From NCBI GenBank assembly GCA_963851095.1, contig CAWKOX010000033.1:179312-243311 (forward strand): DNA of 64,000 bases, written 5' to 3'. This DNA comes from an uncultured Gammaproteobacteria bacterium. GTDB lineage: Bacteria; Pseudomonadota; Gammaproteobacteria; Pseudomonadales; Oceanobacteraceae. The notes under the pieces were generated by a model, which did no database searches, was not told the origin of the DNA, and saw nothing but the letters and a program-made list of their open reading frames with translations. Position 1 is the first letter of the stretch, and the number at the start of each line of letters is the position of its first letter. A program made the position numbers and the translations under genes. Of the stretch, positions 9,373 to 17,894 are shown piece by piece.

Positions 9373-10050
9373 ATGAATTTTAAAAGAGTTCTGCTGTTAA
9401 TGCGTAAGCTTGTTTTATTTCTGTTTTTTTCTGCTCTATTTCTGTTGTATCCCTGTATCAGCGATTCGCCAATTGTGGAACGCATTACGACAGGAGAAGT
9501 ACTTAAAAGTGCCAAAAACTTCTTTGCGTTTGAACAGTCTGCTAGCCATGAAAATATACCAAGTGATATCCAAAATAAGAATCGTGGCTTGCTAAACGAT
9601 CATCCAGCAAAGAATGCGAGTGAACATCGGGAAAAAGCTGCTGTAGAAATCGCTGAAGGCAATGCCGAAGATAGTCAAGATGATAGTACTGAAAATAGTG
9701 CTGAAAGTAGCACCGAAGACCGTCACGAAAGCCTTGAAGTAAGTGCAGGTGAAGGGAGTTTAAATGCCACGTTCGAACCTGTAGCAGAAGCGCCCAAAAG
9801 ACTGCTCGACCTAACTCTGCCTCAATTAGTTGACGATGTGCTTGATATAAAAATCTTCAAGTATGAATATAAAAGTATGCTACCTAATCTGTTCACGCCT
9901 AAGACGGTTGAAGAGGAGAGGGACAGAACGTCTTTTGGTGGCCGAATCTTAATGGAAGAAGGATTTGAAGATCGGGAAGAATATCGTTTACAGGATATTC
10001 GTGGGTCAATTGAAGGCGCTGAATTGACCCTTGAGGTAAAAACAAACTAG
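9373..10050 (+). CDS. hypothetical secreted acidic protein
   Basis: Hydrophobic N-terminal signal-like segment, then an E/D/S-rich low-complexity middle. I recognise no motif. Confidence 0.4.
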   Translation: MNFKRVLLLMRKLVLFLFFSALFLLYPCISDSPIVERITTGEVLKSAKNFFAFEQSASHENIPSDIQNKNRGLLNDHPAKNASEHREKAAVEIAEGNAEDSQDDSTENSAESSTEDRHESLEVSAGEGSLNATFEPVAEAPKRLLDLTLPQLVDDVLDIKIFKYEYKSMLPNLFTPKTVEEERDRTSFGGRILMEEGFEDREEYRLQDIRGSIEGAELTLEVKTN

Positions 10051-10051
10051 C

Positions 10052-10933
10052 TTAGTTAGCTGCTAAGCATAGCGCCATCCATTGCTCAATACCGGCGCTG
10101 CGGAATTTTTGTTGGTGTAAAATAAAATAGAACTGTCTCTCAAAGTTGCGCTGCGGCACTGAGAGGCGCACCAAACTACCGCGTTTAAATGCATCTTCTA
10201 ACGTTATCTGTGATAAACAGCCAATTCCTAAATTCGCTTCAACCGCGCGCTTAATTGCTTCGGTATGCTGCAGCTCATGAGCAATGGTGAGGTTTGGCAG
10301 AATGCCATGCATCGCGCGCTCAAACGCTTGGCGGGTACCAGAACCTGCTTCACGCAAAATCCATTGAGCAGCGATTAGGTCTTCATCATTGATGCTCTCT
10401 TTATTAGCCAGGGGATGGTTGGGGCTACAGAAAACGGCGAGCTCATCATCACGCCATGGAATAACCTCTAAATCAGAATGTTGTAACTCCCCCTCAATCA
10501 AGCCAATGTCCAAATCAAAATTCAATACCTTCTGGCTGATACTGGCCGTATTGGCTACTTCGAGGCTGATATTCGCGTTGGGCTGCTGACGCATCATGTC
10601 GGCCATGATATTGACCGCAAGGTAGTTACCAATCGACAAGGTTGCGCCAATTTTTAAATGCCCCGCGTCGGCATGTTTTAACAGGGTTTGCTCTAAATCC
10701 GCCGCTTGGGCCAATAAACTTTCCGCCTTAGGGCGAATCAGACGCCCTTGCTCATTTAACTGTAAGCGCTTACCAATACGATCAAACAGCTGAACATCGA
10801 ACTGCTGCTCTAATTCTTTTAAGGCAGAACTGGCTGCACTCTGGGAGAGATTCAATGCTTGTGCAGCCTTACTAACATTCTGCTGGTGGGCAATGCCCAG
10901 AAAGACTTCAAGTTGGCGAAGGGTATAGCGCAT
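10052..10933 (-). CDS. LysR-family transcriptional regulator, divergent from fpr (FinR-like arrangement)
   Basis: 293 aa. N-terminal wHTH (LRQLEVF....QQNVSKAAQALNLSQSA.S..LKELE) and a LysR substrate-binding domain. Its position divergent from ferredoxin-NADP reductase mirrors finR-fprA of Pseudomonas. Confidence 0.8.
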   Translation of the reverse strand: MRYTLRQLEVFLGIAHQQNVSKAAQALNLSQSAASSALKELEQQFDVQLFDRIGKRLQLNEQGRLIRPKAESLLAQAADLEQTLLKHADAGHLKIGATLSIGNYLAVNIMADMMRQQPNANISLEVANTASISQKVLNFDLDIGLIEGELQHSDLEVIPWRDDELAVFCSPNHPLANKESINDEDLIAAQWILREAGSGTRQAFERAMHGILPNLTIAHELQHTEAIKRAVEANLGIGCLSQITLEDAFKRGSLVRLSVPQRNFERQFYFILHQQKFRSAGIEQWMALCLAAN

Positions 10934-10960
10934 GGTGATTCATTATCTTATATAGGTAAA

Positions 10961-10979
10961 ATCGATAAGTGTAATCGAT
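10961..10979. promoter_or_regulatory. candidate LysR box (dyad ATCGAT-N7-ATCGAT containing T-N11-A)
   Basis: ATCGATAAGTGTAATCGAT lies 28 bp upstream of the LysR start codon, in the divergent intergenic region. Confidence 0.4.
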
Positions 10980-11115
10980 ATAATCTGTTTTTCTGATTAA
11001 TAAGTCTAGGGTATTCTGGTATCAGTTAATAATTAATGACTTAAGGTCTAATTCAAAAGGCAAAGTCAAAATCAACAAGTCAAAATGAAAAAGAGTGAGG
11101 CAAGTCGTGAGCAAA

Positions 11116-11880
11116 ATGATTCGTGAGACTGTCACCAAGGTACACCATTGGAATGACACACTGTTTAGCTTTAATACCACCCGTAATCAGGGCTTACGTT
11201 TCAAAAATGGCCACTTCACTATGATAGGGCTAGAGATTGATAATAAGCCATTATTGCGTGCCTACAGCATAGCCAGTGCTAACTATGAAGAAGAAATGGA
11301 ATTCTTTAGTATTAAAGTGCAAGACGGCCCACTGACTAAGCATCTACAAAATTTAAAAGTAGGTGATGAAATTTTGGTAGGCACTAAGCCGGTAGGCACT
11401 TTGATTGCTGATCATTTATTGCCGGGTAAAAACTTGTACTTATTGAGTACAGGCACAGGTTTAGCACCTTTTATGAGCATCATTAAAGATCCTGAAATTT
11501 ATGAACAATTTGATAACGTCATTTTAACCCACGGCGTACGCGAAACGTCTGAATTGGCGTATCAGCACTTCATTGAAGAAGAACTGCCAAATAACGAATA
11601 CTTTGGTGATGTTGTACGCCAAAAGTTGAAGTACTACCCAACAGTGACGCGTGAAGCCTTTCGTAATCAGGGACGTTTAACCGACTTGATTGAAAGTGGA
11701 AAGTTATGTGCAGATCTAGGTTTGCCAGAAATTAACCTAGAACATGACCGCTTTATGTTGTGTGGTAGTCCAAGCATGCTGAAGGATTTCTGTGAGATTC
11801 TGGATAACCGCGGGTTTGAAGAAGCACGCCAAGGTGAACAGGGGCACTATGTGATTGAACGGGCTTTTGTTGAGAAGTAA
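11116..11880 (+). CDS. fpr: ferredoxin--NADP(+) reductase
   Basis: V.HWND.LFSF...R...LRF.NG.F.MIGL, RAYSIAS, LLSTGTGLAPF and a C-terminal ..Y.IE.AFVEK match bacterial subclass-I Fpr. The ATG at 11116 is preferred; GTGs at 11095 and 11107 are possible. Confidence 0.9.
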   Translation: MIRETVTKVHHWNDTLFSFNTTRNQGLRFKNGHFTMIGLEIDNKPLLRAYSIASANYEEEMEFFSIKVQDGPLTKHLQNLKVGDEILVGTKPVGTLIADHLLPGKNLYLLSTGTGLAPFMSIIKDPEIYEQFDNVILTHGVRETSELAYQHFIEEELPNNEYFGDVVRQKLKYYPTVTREAFRNQGRLTDLIESGKLCADLGLPEINLEHDRFMLCGSPSMLKDFCEILDNRGFEEARQGEQGHYVIERAFVEK

Positions 11881-11906
11881 ATGACCCTTATTTTTATGAC
11901 ATGGAG

Positions 11907-12305
11907 TTAATTCCTAATTGTGTAATTATCTAAGTATGTGCACTGGATTTTGACATCCCAGGGAGCATAAATATTTATAAAAGATAAACCAGGCATAACA
12001 CCATTCATTACGGTATCAACCGCGAAAGTTGTTAAGCCTGCTTTGACCCCAAATTCAACGGTCACTTTCTTCCATGGCTGACCATGGCAACTTTCATAAA
12101 GATTAACAGGGTAGCTTATTTCGACCATGCCATTAAGCGCCGTATCGTGCCAATGAGAATACCTTTTAAGTTTTGTATTAACTTTATCTGTTGTTTTTTG
12201 AGTGAAATGCATTGTGCTACATCCCGTAATAAATAATATTATGAAAGATGATGTTAGAATTTTGAAAACAGAGATGTCATTATTCATAGGTAGGTATCTC
12301 TTCAC
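11907..12305 (-). CDS. small lipoprotein, Bor-like (paralogue B)
   Basis: Lipobox FITGC. The C-terminal half has SCHG ... NIYAPW..KIQC, resembling the Bor/Iss layout (C-G-G ... IYTP ... VYC). It is the last gene of the PhoPQ-like operon and overlaps the preceding gene end. Confidence 0.5.
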   Translation of the reverse strand: MKRYLPMNNDISVFKILTSSFIILFITGCSTMHFTQKTTDKVNTKLKRYSHWHDTALNGMVEISYPVNLYESCHGQPWKKVTVEFGVKAGLTTFAVDTVMNGVMPGLSFINIYAPWDVKIQCTYLDNYTIRN

Positions 12306-12612
12306 ACCAAACTTTTGCTGTTCTTGGGGCGTATATAAATAGGGTGAAAAATCCTCGAATCCAATCGGATGATGTCATTACAGCTTGCATTTGTTCAACT
12401 CTCCGATCTCCACAAACGTCACTGGTATTAATTTCGTATTCTCCCATTAATCCCCAAAAATAATACTCCTTACTATCGCTATAATCTGGAGCTCCTACTT
12501 CTTTAGGTCCGCCATAAGGGCGCATGGTTACACTTGAACAGGCTGATAGCAAAAAAACACAAAATAGTAGGCTGCATTTTTTGATCTGACTCTTTATTAT
12601 ATTTTTATACAT
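12280..12612 (-). CDS. small lipoprotein, Bor-like (paralogue A)
   Basis: Lipobox LLSAC. YFWGLMGEYEI..SDVCGDRRV......FFTLFIYAPRTAKVWC parallels lambda Bor (FF.SG.GQ....a..iCGG..V......iTLGIYTP..a.VYC). Confidence 0.55.
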   Translation of the reverse strand: MYKNIIKSQIKKCSLLFCVFLLSACSSVTMRPYGGPKEVGAPDYSDSKEYYFWGLMGEYEINTSDVCGDRRVEQMQAVMTSSDWIRGFFTLFIYAPRTAKVWCEEIPTYE

Positions 12613-12633
12613 ATCTAACTAACTTAAATGAAA

Positions 12634-13995
12634 TTAATCATGGATTATTGTTTGTGTCTTAAAAGATATTTTAAAGCAAGCGCCACCTAAAATAGAATCA
12701 GAAATATGAATGCTAGCTTGATAAGCATCTAATATCTCCTTAACGAGTGCCAAGCCCATTCCTTGTCCCGCTTCTACTGTATCTAGACGTATGCCTCGTT
12801 GCAATATTACATCTCTTTGTAAGGCTGGAATACCAAGGCCGTCATCTAAAAAATATAGCTCAAGGTTATTGTCAGAACTACAGATCTTTATCGCAACAGT
12901 ACTTTTGCAATATTTACAGGCATTATCAGTTAAGTTTCCGAGTACCTCAATTAGATCATTTTCATCACCCTGAAAATAACACTCTTTATCTATAGTTAAT
13001 TTAATTGAGATATCTTTTTCAGCATATACTTTGGACATTGCATCAATAATAGAGTTGATTATTGGGGATATAGGGACCCTATGGATAAGTAGACCTTGGA
13101 GGCCATGTACAGCACGTTGAAGTTGGTAGCGAATAGTGCTCGTCATTTTATTGACTTGGGATTGCAAGTAATGGTGGTCTTCTCTATTAATATTTTTTTT
13201 GTATATGATTCCTTGTATAACACTTATGGGTGTTTTTAAACTATGAGATAGGTCGGCAAGGGAGTTTCGATAGCGATCACGTTGATTTTTTTCAATTTTC
13301 AAAAGATGATTCAGGTTTGAGGTTAGTGGGCGAAGCTCACTTGGATAATTATCAGCCAGCATGTGTTTATTTCCCATTTGAATATCTTTTAAATCGATAC
13401 TTAACTGGTGTAAAGGTTTTAATCCCCAACGTAAAATAATTAATTGCATTATAAATAAAAAAATAGCGGCAGAGCATAAAAGAATAATAAGTGTATTTTT
13501 ATATTCTTTGAGATCATTATTAATAGTTTTAATATTCTCAATAAGTAGAATATTAAAGATATTTTCTATTCCGCTTTCTGCTTCTCCGCCTAAGGAAACG
13601 CCGTATCGAGCTATAAATAATTCTTCATTAGCATTTTTAGCAAGGCTGTACTGCCATTGGCCTACAGTTATTGGCGAAGGTGAGAAGTTGGGGAGATTTT
13701 TTGCCGATATCGAGGCCCATATACGCTGATGTTTTTCATTCAATATTATGGCATATATCCCCGAATTAGGTAGGTTGAAAAGTTGATGTGAAATCTTTTC
13801 ATCAAGTAATAGTTGGTTATTCTGAAACTCAATCTGTGCAAGAATACTATAGCTATGTACTTTTAATCGTTCTTTTAGTGCTTTAGTTTGGACAACTGAG
13901 AAAAATTCCATTAATAAAAAACCACCGCTGATTGCTAGAGAAATCAGTATGATAAACGTTATTAATAATAATCGGACTTTCAATGAATTCAGCAT
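12634..13995 (-). CDS. sensor histidine kinase, PhoQ-like
   Basis: 453 aa. Two TM segments flank a periplasmic domain of about 140 aa, followed by HAMP. The H-box region LADNYP.EL..L..NLN.LL..E....RYRNSLADLSHSLKTP..VIQG is very close to the PhoQ H-box. ATP-lid N/G boxes are present (NL.DNA.KY, DDG.GI, G.G.GLA). Confidence 0.8.
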   Translation of the reverse strand: MLNSLKVRLLLITFIILISLAISGGFLLMEFFSVVQTKALKERLKVHSYSILAQIEFQNNQLLLDEKISHQLFNLPNSGIYAIILNEKHQRIWASISAKNLPNFSPSPITVGQWQYSLAKNANEELFIARYGVSLGGEAESGIENIFNILLIENIKTINNDLKEYKNTLIILLCSAAIFLFIMQLIILRWGLKPLHQLSIDLKDIQMGNKHMLADNYPSELRPLTSNLNHLLKIEKNQRDRYRNSLADLSHSLKTPISVIQGIIYKKNINREDHHYLQSQVNKMTSTIRYQLQRAVHGLQGLLIHRVPISPIINSIIDAMSKVYAEKDISIKLTIDKECYFQGDENDLIEVLGNLTDNACKYCKSTVAIKICSSDNNLELYFLDDGLGIPALQRDVILQRGIRLDTVEAGQGMGLALVKEILDAYQASIHISDSILGGACFKISFKTQTIIHD

Positions 13996-13998
13996 ATT

Positions 13999-14670
13999 TT
14001 AAAAAGACGCATTAAATTGATAGCCTCGGCCTCGAAGCGTTATTATTGGATTAACCCCCTCACTGTTCACTAATTTCTTTCGTAAACGTGCAACCAATAC
14101 TTCTACAACATTACTGTCACGATCAAAATCTTGCTCATATAAGTATTCTGTTAAGCGTTTTTTTGAAATAACCTCAGTTGGGCGCCGCATCATGTATTCG
14201 AGAATTTTGTACTCAAAGGCGGTTAGGTCGATTTTTTTATCTAAAAGGGTAACTAGCTGACTTTCTATGTTAAGTGTAATTGGACCTACCGTTAATTGTG
14301 CAGAATAGCCAGTGGCTCTTCTTAATAATGCTCGACTTCTGGCTACCAGTTCTTCTATATGGAAAGGTTTTTCCATATAGTCGTCAGCGCCAGATTCAAG
14401 CCCCTCTACTTTTGCTTTCCAACCACCGCGTGCAGTCAGTATCAGGATGGGAAATTGACAGCCTTCATTTCTTAACCGGCTGATTAATTCTATGCCATTA
14501 ATTTTGGGTAGGCCAATGTCTATAATTGCTAAGTCAAAGTCATATTCACTTGCTTGATAATAACCCTCAAGGCCATCATTTGCTTTTTGGCAAGAATACC
14601 CTTCAGCTGATAAACCATCTAATAGATGTTGTTGTAAGTTGAGGTCGTCTTCAATAACTAGAATTTTCAT
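13999..14670 (-). CDS. OmpR-family response regulator, PhoP-like
   Basis: 223 aa. MKILVIEDD, phospho-acceptor D in AIIDIGLP, LTAR..W..KVEGL.SGADDY..KPFHIEEL, LTAFEY, and a winged-helix C-terminus TLRG.GY. The layout mirrors E. coli PhoP. Confidence 0.85.
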   Translation of the reverse strand: MKILVIEDDLNLQQHLLDGLSAEGYSCQKANDGLEGYYQASEYDFDLAIIDIGLPKINGIELISRLRNEGCQFPILILTARGGWKAKVEGLESGADDYMEKPFHIEELVARSRALLRRATGYSAQLTVGPITLNIESQLVTLLDKKIDLTAFEYKILEYMMRRPTEVISKKRLTEYLYEQDFDRDSNVVEVLVARLRKKLVNSEGVNPIITLRGRGYQFNASF

Positions 14671-15158
14671 TGTTTAGCCTCATTCATATTTATGGGTATC
14701 TTTGGGAGGGTAAATAATTGACCACTAAAAGCATGAACAGTAAAAACAGAAACGGTTCCATTATCAGATAGTAGTTTTATTTTATAGTGCGGAGGAGGTC
14801 CAGTTTGAAATTGATTACGTAAGATTTTTCCTGGAAATTTTTCTAAAACAGAGTTTGTAGCATGTTGCGCAGTAATTATCTGTGGATTGGAAGGGGTTTT
14901 TGTCGGGCGTATTTGACTGTTAGATTCTTGATGAATTTCGCGTTCAATCCATTGAGTGAATGGAGAAAAGATACTTTCTATCCATTTTGTTGAGGGTGCA
15001 ATTTTTTTCTCTACCCAGCCTTCTTCAACTGAATCATTAATTGAGCTGTTACTTTTGACGGGCACATCTGTATTCTCAGCCTGTAAATTATAGGATGCTA
15101 GTAAGGTGCTTGTATAGAATATAAGAATACATAGCTTACATCCTCGGCTTTTTCTCAC
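14667..15158 (-). CDS. secreted PepSY-domain-like protein, first gene of the two-component operon
   Basis: Signal peptide (..LLASYNLQA/EN). The C-terminus A...VLEKFPGKIL........YKIKLLSDNGTVSVFTVHAFSGQL fits the PepSY pattern. Its stop overlaps the response-regulator start (ATGA, 14667-14670). Confidence 0.5.
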   Translation of the reverse strand: MRKSRGCKLCILIFYTSTLLASYNLQAENTDVPVKSNSSINDSVEEGWVEKKIAPSTKWIESIFSPFTQWIEREIHQESNSQIRPTKTPSNPQIITAQHATNSVLEKFPGKILRNQFQTGPPPHYKIKLLSDNGTVSVFTVHAFSGQLFTLPKIPINMNEAKQ

Positions 15159-15348
15159 AGTAGTATCGGTCTCGTTGTGGATTTACATTCAGGCATTGAA
15201 ATTAAAATAAGAATAATAGCTTAATCTTTGCTGAATTAGAAATCCTTAAGTTTTTAATCCCGTTAAGCTTAGGTTCAGATTGTATTTGGTATGGTGGTTA
15301 GAATAATAACTAATATGCTTACTTTAGTGTAATTTAAAGGAGAGAAAT

Positions 15349-15528
15349 ATGTATACCGCTTACCATGAAATGCTTATTTTATTGCAACAGCAAATTCAGG
15401 CAAAAATCCGACAAAATGCTCCGAAATCCATTGGTAAAGATGAAAGGTATATTGCCTTAGAAGAAAAAAATGAAGGCTCTGGAAAGATAAAAACAGATAG
15501 TCTTCATTCAGCTTGTGTTCAGCTTTAG
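15349..15528 (+). CDS. 59-codon small ORF below the ORF-track cutoff, first gene of the divergent lipoprotein operon
   Basis: ATG at 15349 follows a strong SD (aaaGGAGagaaatATG). It reads MYTAYHEMLILLQQQIQAKIRQNAPKSIGKDERYIALEEKNEGSGKIKTDSLHSACVQL with a stop at 15526-15528. It has no signal peptide and a predicted helical N-terminus. Confidence 0.35.
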   Translation: MYTAYHEMLILLQQQIQAKIRQNAPKSIGKDERYIALEEKNEGSGKIKTDSLHSACVQL

Positions 15529-15578
15529 TCACTACAATAGCGACTGAAATTGTTTAGATACTAATACGAGAATTTCTT

Positions 15579-15995
15579 ATGTTACGAATAATAATGATGA
15601 TATTAATACTGATTTGCTCGGGATGCGCAAGGCTTGATCATGTTCAGATTAACGATATAGATCAGAGCCAAGGTGATTCAGTACCTATTTCTGTAACGAT
15701 TAGTCAGTTAGGAGTTAATGCGGCTGATATTACTTCAATAACGGGGGATCTAATACCGTCTGGGGGGACACAAGAGAGTCTAGGTGATCTTGCTACTGTT
15801 CTTGCGCTGATAAATATGGGGCCCATGACGGGCAATCCTATTTACAATGATCGCTATGCAGAAAATATTTTACATGAACTTCACCAGCAGTGTCCTACTG
15901 GTAGGATTACAGGCATTCGAAATATTCGTGAAGGCTTATCCTATGGCCCCGTTAGCGGTGAAATTATGCGTATAAATGCAGATTGTATTTTATAA
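15579..15995 (+). CDS. small two-cysteine lipoprotein (paralogue C)
   Basis: Signal with ..ICSGC. C-terminal QQCPTGRITGI....ADC is shared with paralogue D (KCQGGRLTGI....GYC). Confidence 0.5.
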   Translation: MLRIIMMILILICSGCARLDHVQINDIDQSQGDSVPISVTISQLGVNAADITSITGDLIPSGGTQESLGDLATVLALINMGPMTGNPIYNDRYAENILHELHQQCPTGRITGIRNIREGLSYGPVSGEIMRINADCIL

Positions 15996-16010
15996 ATTTT
16001 GGAGAGTACT

Positions 16011-16328
16011 ATGAAAAAAATACTTACGACGTTGTCATCTTTAATTGCAGTTAGTTTGTTATCAGGGTGTGTTAGCTTGAACTCTGTATCACTGACCCAG
16101 TTACCTGAAAAGCGAGAGAAGTTAGTAACAGCGAGTGCATCTGATTTTTTATTTTTAGGCTTTACCACACAAAATGATTTTGTTGGTGAGGCTGTTAGTA
16201 ACTTGAAAGAAAAATGCCAAGGTGGGAGGCTTACGGGCATTTTAACTAAACATCAAACAACATCCTATTTGTTGATATTTAAGCGGGAAGTTATTGCTAG
16301 TGGTTACTGTAATATTGTGGAGGAATAA
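16011..16328 (+). CDS. small two-cysteine lipoprotein (paralogue D)
   Basis: ATG at 16011 follows GGAG. Lipobox LLSGC. FLFLGFTTQNDFVGEAVSNLKEKCQGGRLTGI...SGYC. Confidence 0.55.
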   Translation: MKKILTTLSSLIAVSLLSGCVSLNSVSLTQLPEKREKLVTASASDFLFLGFTTQNDFVGEAVSNLKEKCQGGRLTGILTKHQTTSYLLIFKREVIASGYCNIVEE

Positions 16329-16331
16329 GAA

Positions 16332-16649
16332 ATGAAAGCCATATTCTTTTTAACACTGATATTGCCGTTGATATTAATGACTGGCTGTACTCATAGTATT
16401 CATATGGTTCATACCGATGGCTTTGAATCAGCTGTAAATATTCAAGATAAAATACAATATGTGGAAGCTGTAGCAACTCAGAATGTAGTTTTTTATTTTG
16501 CTTTTGATACAAACTATGTAGAAGAGGCAAAAGAACAATTAGAGCAGAAGTGTAAAGGCCCGCTTTTAGCGGTAAGTACTCAATACTCAACTTCTCATGG
16601 ATTTTTTCATTGGACGAATAAAATCTTAATGAAAGGCTTGTGTGGATGA
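16332..16649 (+). CDS. small two-cysteine lipoprotein (paralogue E)
   Basis: ATG at 16332 follows GGAGGA, 3 nt after the preceding stop. Lipobox LMTGC. VVFYFAFDTNYVEEAKEQLEQKCKG...KGLCG aligns with paralogue D. Confidence 0.55.
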   Translation: MKAIFFLTLILPLILMTGCTHSIHMVHTDGFESAVNIQDKIQYVEAVATQNVVFYFAFDTNYVEEAKEQLEQKCKGPLLAVSTQYSTSHGFFHWTNKILMKGLCG

Positions 16650-16808
16650 AAGTAAACTCCTTAGTGGATGAAAAATTCAATCACTAAGGATAAGATAAAT
16701 ATGTCAGGAAATAACCTAGCAAAATATCCCTTTTTCTTGCACACTCATCGTATACATACTTATTCTAACAAATTAAAAAATTACTGATTATCTCTGCAGG
16801 GACGTTCT

Positions 16809-17813
16809 ATGAAAGTATTTATCGCCATTCTGATTATTGCGCTATCGATGTCTATGTACCTTGGCCGACACTATATGGGCTTCGTCGATTTATCCCCAGA
16901 AGTGGTTAATAGTCGTTATGCCAATGAGGATTCTAAGTTTATCAAGCTTGGCGGTTTACAACAGGGCATTGAATTACATTACCGTGATGAAGGCTTAAGT
17001 GCTGCACAAAACCCAGAAGCACCTGTTTTGTTTTTATTGCACGGCATTATGGCCAGTTTGCATACTTGGGATGGCTGGGTCGAAAACCTTCAGAATGACT
17101 TCCGTATTATTCGTATCGATATTCCAGGATTTGGTTTAACAGGGCCTTATACTGATGGTATTTATAGTATAGAACGTACTATGGACATGCTTGATCAGTT
17201 AAGTAATGAGCTTAATATTGACTCTTTTTTCTTGGCAGGAAATTCCATGGGGGGTTATATTTCTTGGAATTTTGCGATTAATCATCCAGAAAAAGTTAAA
17301 CGTTTGATTCTGATCGACGCTGCGGGTTATTCATTTGAAATGCCAATGATGTTAAAGCTTCTAGATACTCCTGTATTGAAAGATAGTATGGCATTTATAA
17401 CCCCTAAGTTTGTTGTCACTCAGACATTAAACGAAGTGTATGGCGATGGTTCTAAAGTTACCGATACGACGATTGAACGTTATCATCAGATGATGTTACG
17501 TGAAGGCAATCGCCAAGCGGTTGTCAGTGTTTTACAGACGCTAACGGATATTAATACTGACGGTATTCAGCAAGTTAAAGTGCCAACGCTGATTCAGTGG
17601 GGTGAAAAAGATGCTTGGATACCGTTGGCACATGCTCAGCAATTTGCCGATGAAATTGAAGGGGCTAAGTTAATTACGTATCCAGGAGTCGGTCATATTC
17701 CGATGGAAGAAATTGCAGTTAAAACAGCTCAGGATGCAAAAAAGTTTTTGACGCGAGTAATAGAAGAGCCAAAAACAATCGCACCTAAACCAGTAACGCC
17801 TGTCGTTTTATAG
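16809..17813 (+). CDS. alpha/beta-fold hydrolase
   Basis: 334 aa. N-terminal TM/signal, HG oxyanion motif (LLHGIMAS), nucleophile elbow GNSMGG, and a C-terminal catalytic His (GVGHIP). Confidence 0.8.
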   Translation: MKVFIAILIIALSMSMYLGRHYMGFVDLSPEVVNSRYANEDSKFIKLGGLQQGIELHYRDEGLSAAQNPEAPVLFLLHGIMASLHTWDGWVENLQNDFRIIRIDIPGFGLTGPYTDGIYSIERTMDMLDQLSNELNIDSFFLAGNSMGGYISWNFAINHPEKVKRLILIDAAGYSFEMPMMLKLLDTPVLKDSMAFITPKFVVTQTLNEVYGDGSKVTDTTIERYHQMMLREGNRQAVVSVLQTLTDINTDGIQQVKVPTLIQWGEKDAWIPLAHAQQFADEIEGAKLITYPGVGHIPMEEIAVKTAQDAKKFLTRVIEEPKTIAPKPVTPVVL

Positions 17814-17816
17814 TTC

Positions 17817-17855
17817 CAATAATGAGCAGTCGATAGGCTGCTCATTATGGTTTTT
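17817..17855 (+). terminator. rho-independent terminator after the hydrolase gene
   Basis: Stem taatgagcag / ctgctcatta followed by TTTTT (17851-17855). Confidence 0.6.
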
Positions 17856-17894
17856 GACGATGCTTTTAAGGCGCTACTACTAAAGAGAGCGTCT

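Noticed and set aside
15159-15348. PhoP-box-like direct repeats in the divergent islet promoter
   Set aside because: I looked for (T/G)GTTTA-N5-(T/G)GTTTA. I only see loosely spaced TTAAG repeats (ccTTAAGttttt...cgTTAAGctt), which are not convincing enough to annotate as a binding site.
15941-16680. Two minus-strand ORFs (99 aa at 15941-16240, 127 aa at 16297-16680) opposite lipoprotein genes C-E
   Set aside because: Long antisense frames arise easily in AT-rich DNA with few stop codons on this phase. The plus-strand genes have SD sequences, lipoboxes and paralogous motifs; the minus-strand ORFs have none.
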